The notes beneath the pieces were generated by a model, which was given only the letters and a program-made list of their open reading frames with translations, was not told the origin of the DNA and searched no databases. A stretch of DNA of 64,000 nucleotides from Camelus dromedarius (lineage: Eukaryota), in assembly GCF_036321535.1 (NCBI RefSeq), contig NC_087444.1, positions 79,670,001-79,734,000 on the forward strand. The letters run 5' to 3'. Of the stretch, positions 61,292-64,000 are shown in pieces. Position 1 is the stretch's first letter, and each line of letters begins with the position of its first letter. The translations under genes and the position numbers were made by a program.

Positions 61292-61504
61292 TGAGTGCAG
61301 TTAATGTGGGAAAAATCCTTCAGCTGCTAATGTGACCTCATTCAATACCAGAGACTTCACACTAGTGGAAAACCTAGATATGCTGGCATCTACAGTTTCC
61401 TGCTAGTGTATTTGCACTGGTGAAGAGAAGTTGGAGTGAGAGCCATCTACCTGAAGTAAAGCCCATACTTCTGAAAATCCACCGTGGGAAGATTCACCTT
61501 AAGG

Positions 61505-64000
61505 TCCAGGTATGTGAGAATCTTTCAGGAGTTGTGTTACACCTTCTTACCTGCCCAGAACCCTTGACAGATTTATGTCACTGCCAGTTCTTTGGCAGAA
61601 TTCATTTCACCTCTATCACCTGGCAGGTCCACACAGTGTGCAAAAGTTAGGTCCCAACATTCTCAGGGTGCTGACTTCTGTCCCATCCCCATTTGCAGGG
61701 GGAAATAAGAGTGGTCTCAGGCCGTGTGGGGTCCTCATTCCTGTCTCATTTCCAGGTTAGGGCATGGACTGGCTCATTTTAGGTCCAGTGGACCTGATCT
61801 GAATTCTGTTGGTGATTTTCCAGGAAGGACTGCATTTTCAAGGATATGTCAGTTTCTGGGGACACTTATCTTGAATTTTCCCAGCCTCCAGGTCACCAAC
61901 TGCATGCCTCATGTTTGTTTGCATTTTGTAATAATAAAGGCACTAATGTTTAAGCCACCTCTGACCTTCAGGTTCTGTTCCTGGGTGGTGAGCTGAAAAC
62001 AGCTGGGCTCTACCAGCATTAGGGACTGCACAGCTTTCACGGGGTCCTGTGTGGTGTGCCTCAGACACGTCAGGGTGATTGAAGAATGTAGGTCTCTTTC
62101 TGGCTTTAGCCCCGAGTACATTGTTGCCCAGGGTCTCCTAGGAAGGACTGCCGAGTTTTGTGGTCCTCATTTGTGGACTTGGTGTCAGGGTTCTTTGTGA
62201 GCTCAGTGAACACCCTGAGGAGCCAGGAAGTTGTGACACCCTCCCGTGCTTCTGGGAACAAAATGGATTGTTTTTCTTGGTCACGGTGAGTATCACGTAA
62301 TGCTCAGCAGTTGCCCTGCAAAAGAACCACATGCCCTGATCCCCAGTCCCCAGAATTCACTAGATAGTGCCACTGAAAGACTGAAGGGCCAAGGGGGAGC
62401 ATGCTGGTAAAGTGCCACTGGAGCAGAGGAGATGGCGGGGAAGTAGGTGGGGTGCCCCTGCTCACACTGCATCCACAGATGCTCCAGTGAGTGTGACTGT
62501 GCAGTATCAGTGTGCACAGATGCACAGAAATCCTCAGGACCTCCAGGCATGTGTGTCTTTTGTGGCTGAGGTCATTGTCAGAGAAAATACGCTATTGCTT
62601 TTGTGGATTCCTGTAGTCTCTCTGGAATGTTCAGGAAAGGCCATTGCTAAGCAGGCAGAGAAACTAGCATAGAGAGAAAGGAGATGCCTTTGTTCACATT
62701 GTGGCTTTGTCACCAGCCAGCATTCCTGCTAACTCAGGGGGAAGGGATCCATTCCTCATCAGTATTTGCTACCACTAAGGCAAGGGTGCTTCTCCAAGGT
62801 CATTAGAAAAGAGAAGCAAGAAAAAAAAGAAAGAATACACACACACACACACACACACAAATATTTGAATTACTCTGCTGTACACCAGAAACTAATGCAG
62901 CATTGTAAATCAACTATAGTTCAATTTTTTAAAAAAAGAAAAGAGGCAGTAAAGGATTGCCAGACCTGATTTTCTGAAGAGTGGGAGATCTAAATTTTTC
63001 TTTCAGACTATTTTGTAGATTATTATTCCAGTAGAGTTGATGTGCAGTATATTAGAAGTGTACAATTTAAATTTTACACCCATGTAAACCCACAAAACCT
63101 TCTCATAATCACAATCATGGACATGTCTCGCCCTCGCAGTTTACCTCAGGCCCTTCCTCTCCCCAGGCTTCCAGGCCATCAATTATTTACCTTCATTTAT
63201 AGGGAATTATTTTGTATTTTCTAGAATTTTATATGATTTTTTTCATAAAATATTTACTTCCGTTTTTTTTTTCTGGTTTCACTTATGGTTCATAATTATT
63301 TTGAGATTCTTCAATGATCCTTATATAAGTAGTCGATTCTTTTTATTGCTGAGTAGTATCTTTTCTATACTTATACCATTCATTTATCCATTTCTCTGGT
63401 TATAAGAATTTGGGTTACTTCCAGTTTTGGCTACTATAAAGGTGCTAGAACATTTGTGTATATTTCTATGTGTACATATGTAATTTCACTTGTGTTAGTA
63501 ACTCGGAGTATAATGCCTGAGTCATAGAATAGGTGAGTGTTTAACCTACAGAACTGCCAAACTGTGACCTAAAAATCAACGTTTGTTTTTACAGACCTTG
63601 CCGGGAGTATGTAAAATGCTTCCACGTACCTGCTAACACTTGGTATGATCAGTCTTTTGAATTTACCCTTTTAGTAAGGAAACAGTTTTAGTTGCATTTC
63701 CTTAAGAATTCATGATATTGAGCATTTTTTTTCATGCGTTTGCCATCTGTATATTTTCTTGGTAAAATGTCTTCATATCTTTTGCCTATTTTTTTATGTG
63801 GTGGCTATTTCCCATTTCATTAAGAAGTAATCAGCTCATTTTTGTTCCTCATTTTTTTTGTGTTATATACAGTGTAATTAGCACAGATGTCATATACTCA
63901 TAAATTTAATCTGCATTAAGTGTAGACTTCCAGTAATACAGTGAAGTCCTGGTTTGTAGTGTTCTCTAATTTTCCTGATATAAGTACTCTCACTGTGGCC
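61505..64000. repeat. Outer right arm of the inverted duplication, running off the window end
   Basis: Homologous to the reverse complement of 43240-45700. Confidence 0.85.
62836..62858. repeat. (CA)n microsatellite
   Basis: tacacacacacacacacacacaca; the homologous site in the left arm (44380-44420) is an interrupted TA/CA tract. Confidence 0.85.

Overview
Mammalian genomic DNA, probably camelid (inferred from Vic-1-like tRNA-derived SINEs and cetartiodactyl-type L1 3' ends). It is part of a KRAB-C2H2 zinc-finger cluster of the ZNF211 family. Five genes are supported by splice sites and open frames. Gene A (-, partial) and gene B (+) lie head-to-head. Gene C is on +. Gene D (-) is the ZNF211 orthologue, head-to-head with a ZNF211-like duplicate, gene E (+). 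The rest is L1 fragments, ERV1 LTRs, SINEs, MIR and DNA transposons. The main structure is a >20 kb inverted duplication centred at ~53,557 with layered divergence. Its inner 6.75 kb arms (promoter, KRAB exon, intron, fingers 1-2) are essentially identical around a ~440 bp spacer. The rest of the finger array is strongly rearranged, the next ~1.15 kb of 3' sequence is ~99% identical again, and the outer flanks are only ~75-85% alike. This pattern suggests arm-to-arm gene conversion that spares the DNA-recognition array. Both ZNF211 copies have GTG in place of the exon-1 ATG, and an in-frame ATG in a 39-nt micro-exon could rescue the KRAB domain. Genes A, B and C are mosaics of conversion patches, and gene B's intron holds an L1 3' transduction. 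Percent identities are by-eye estimates. Gene and repeat family names come from recall, not database searches.
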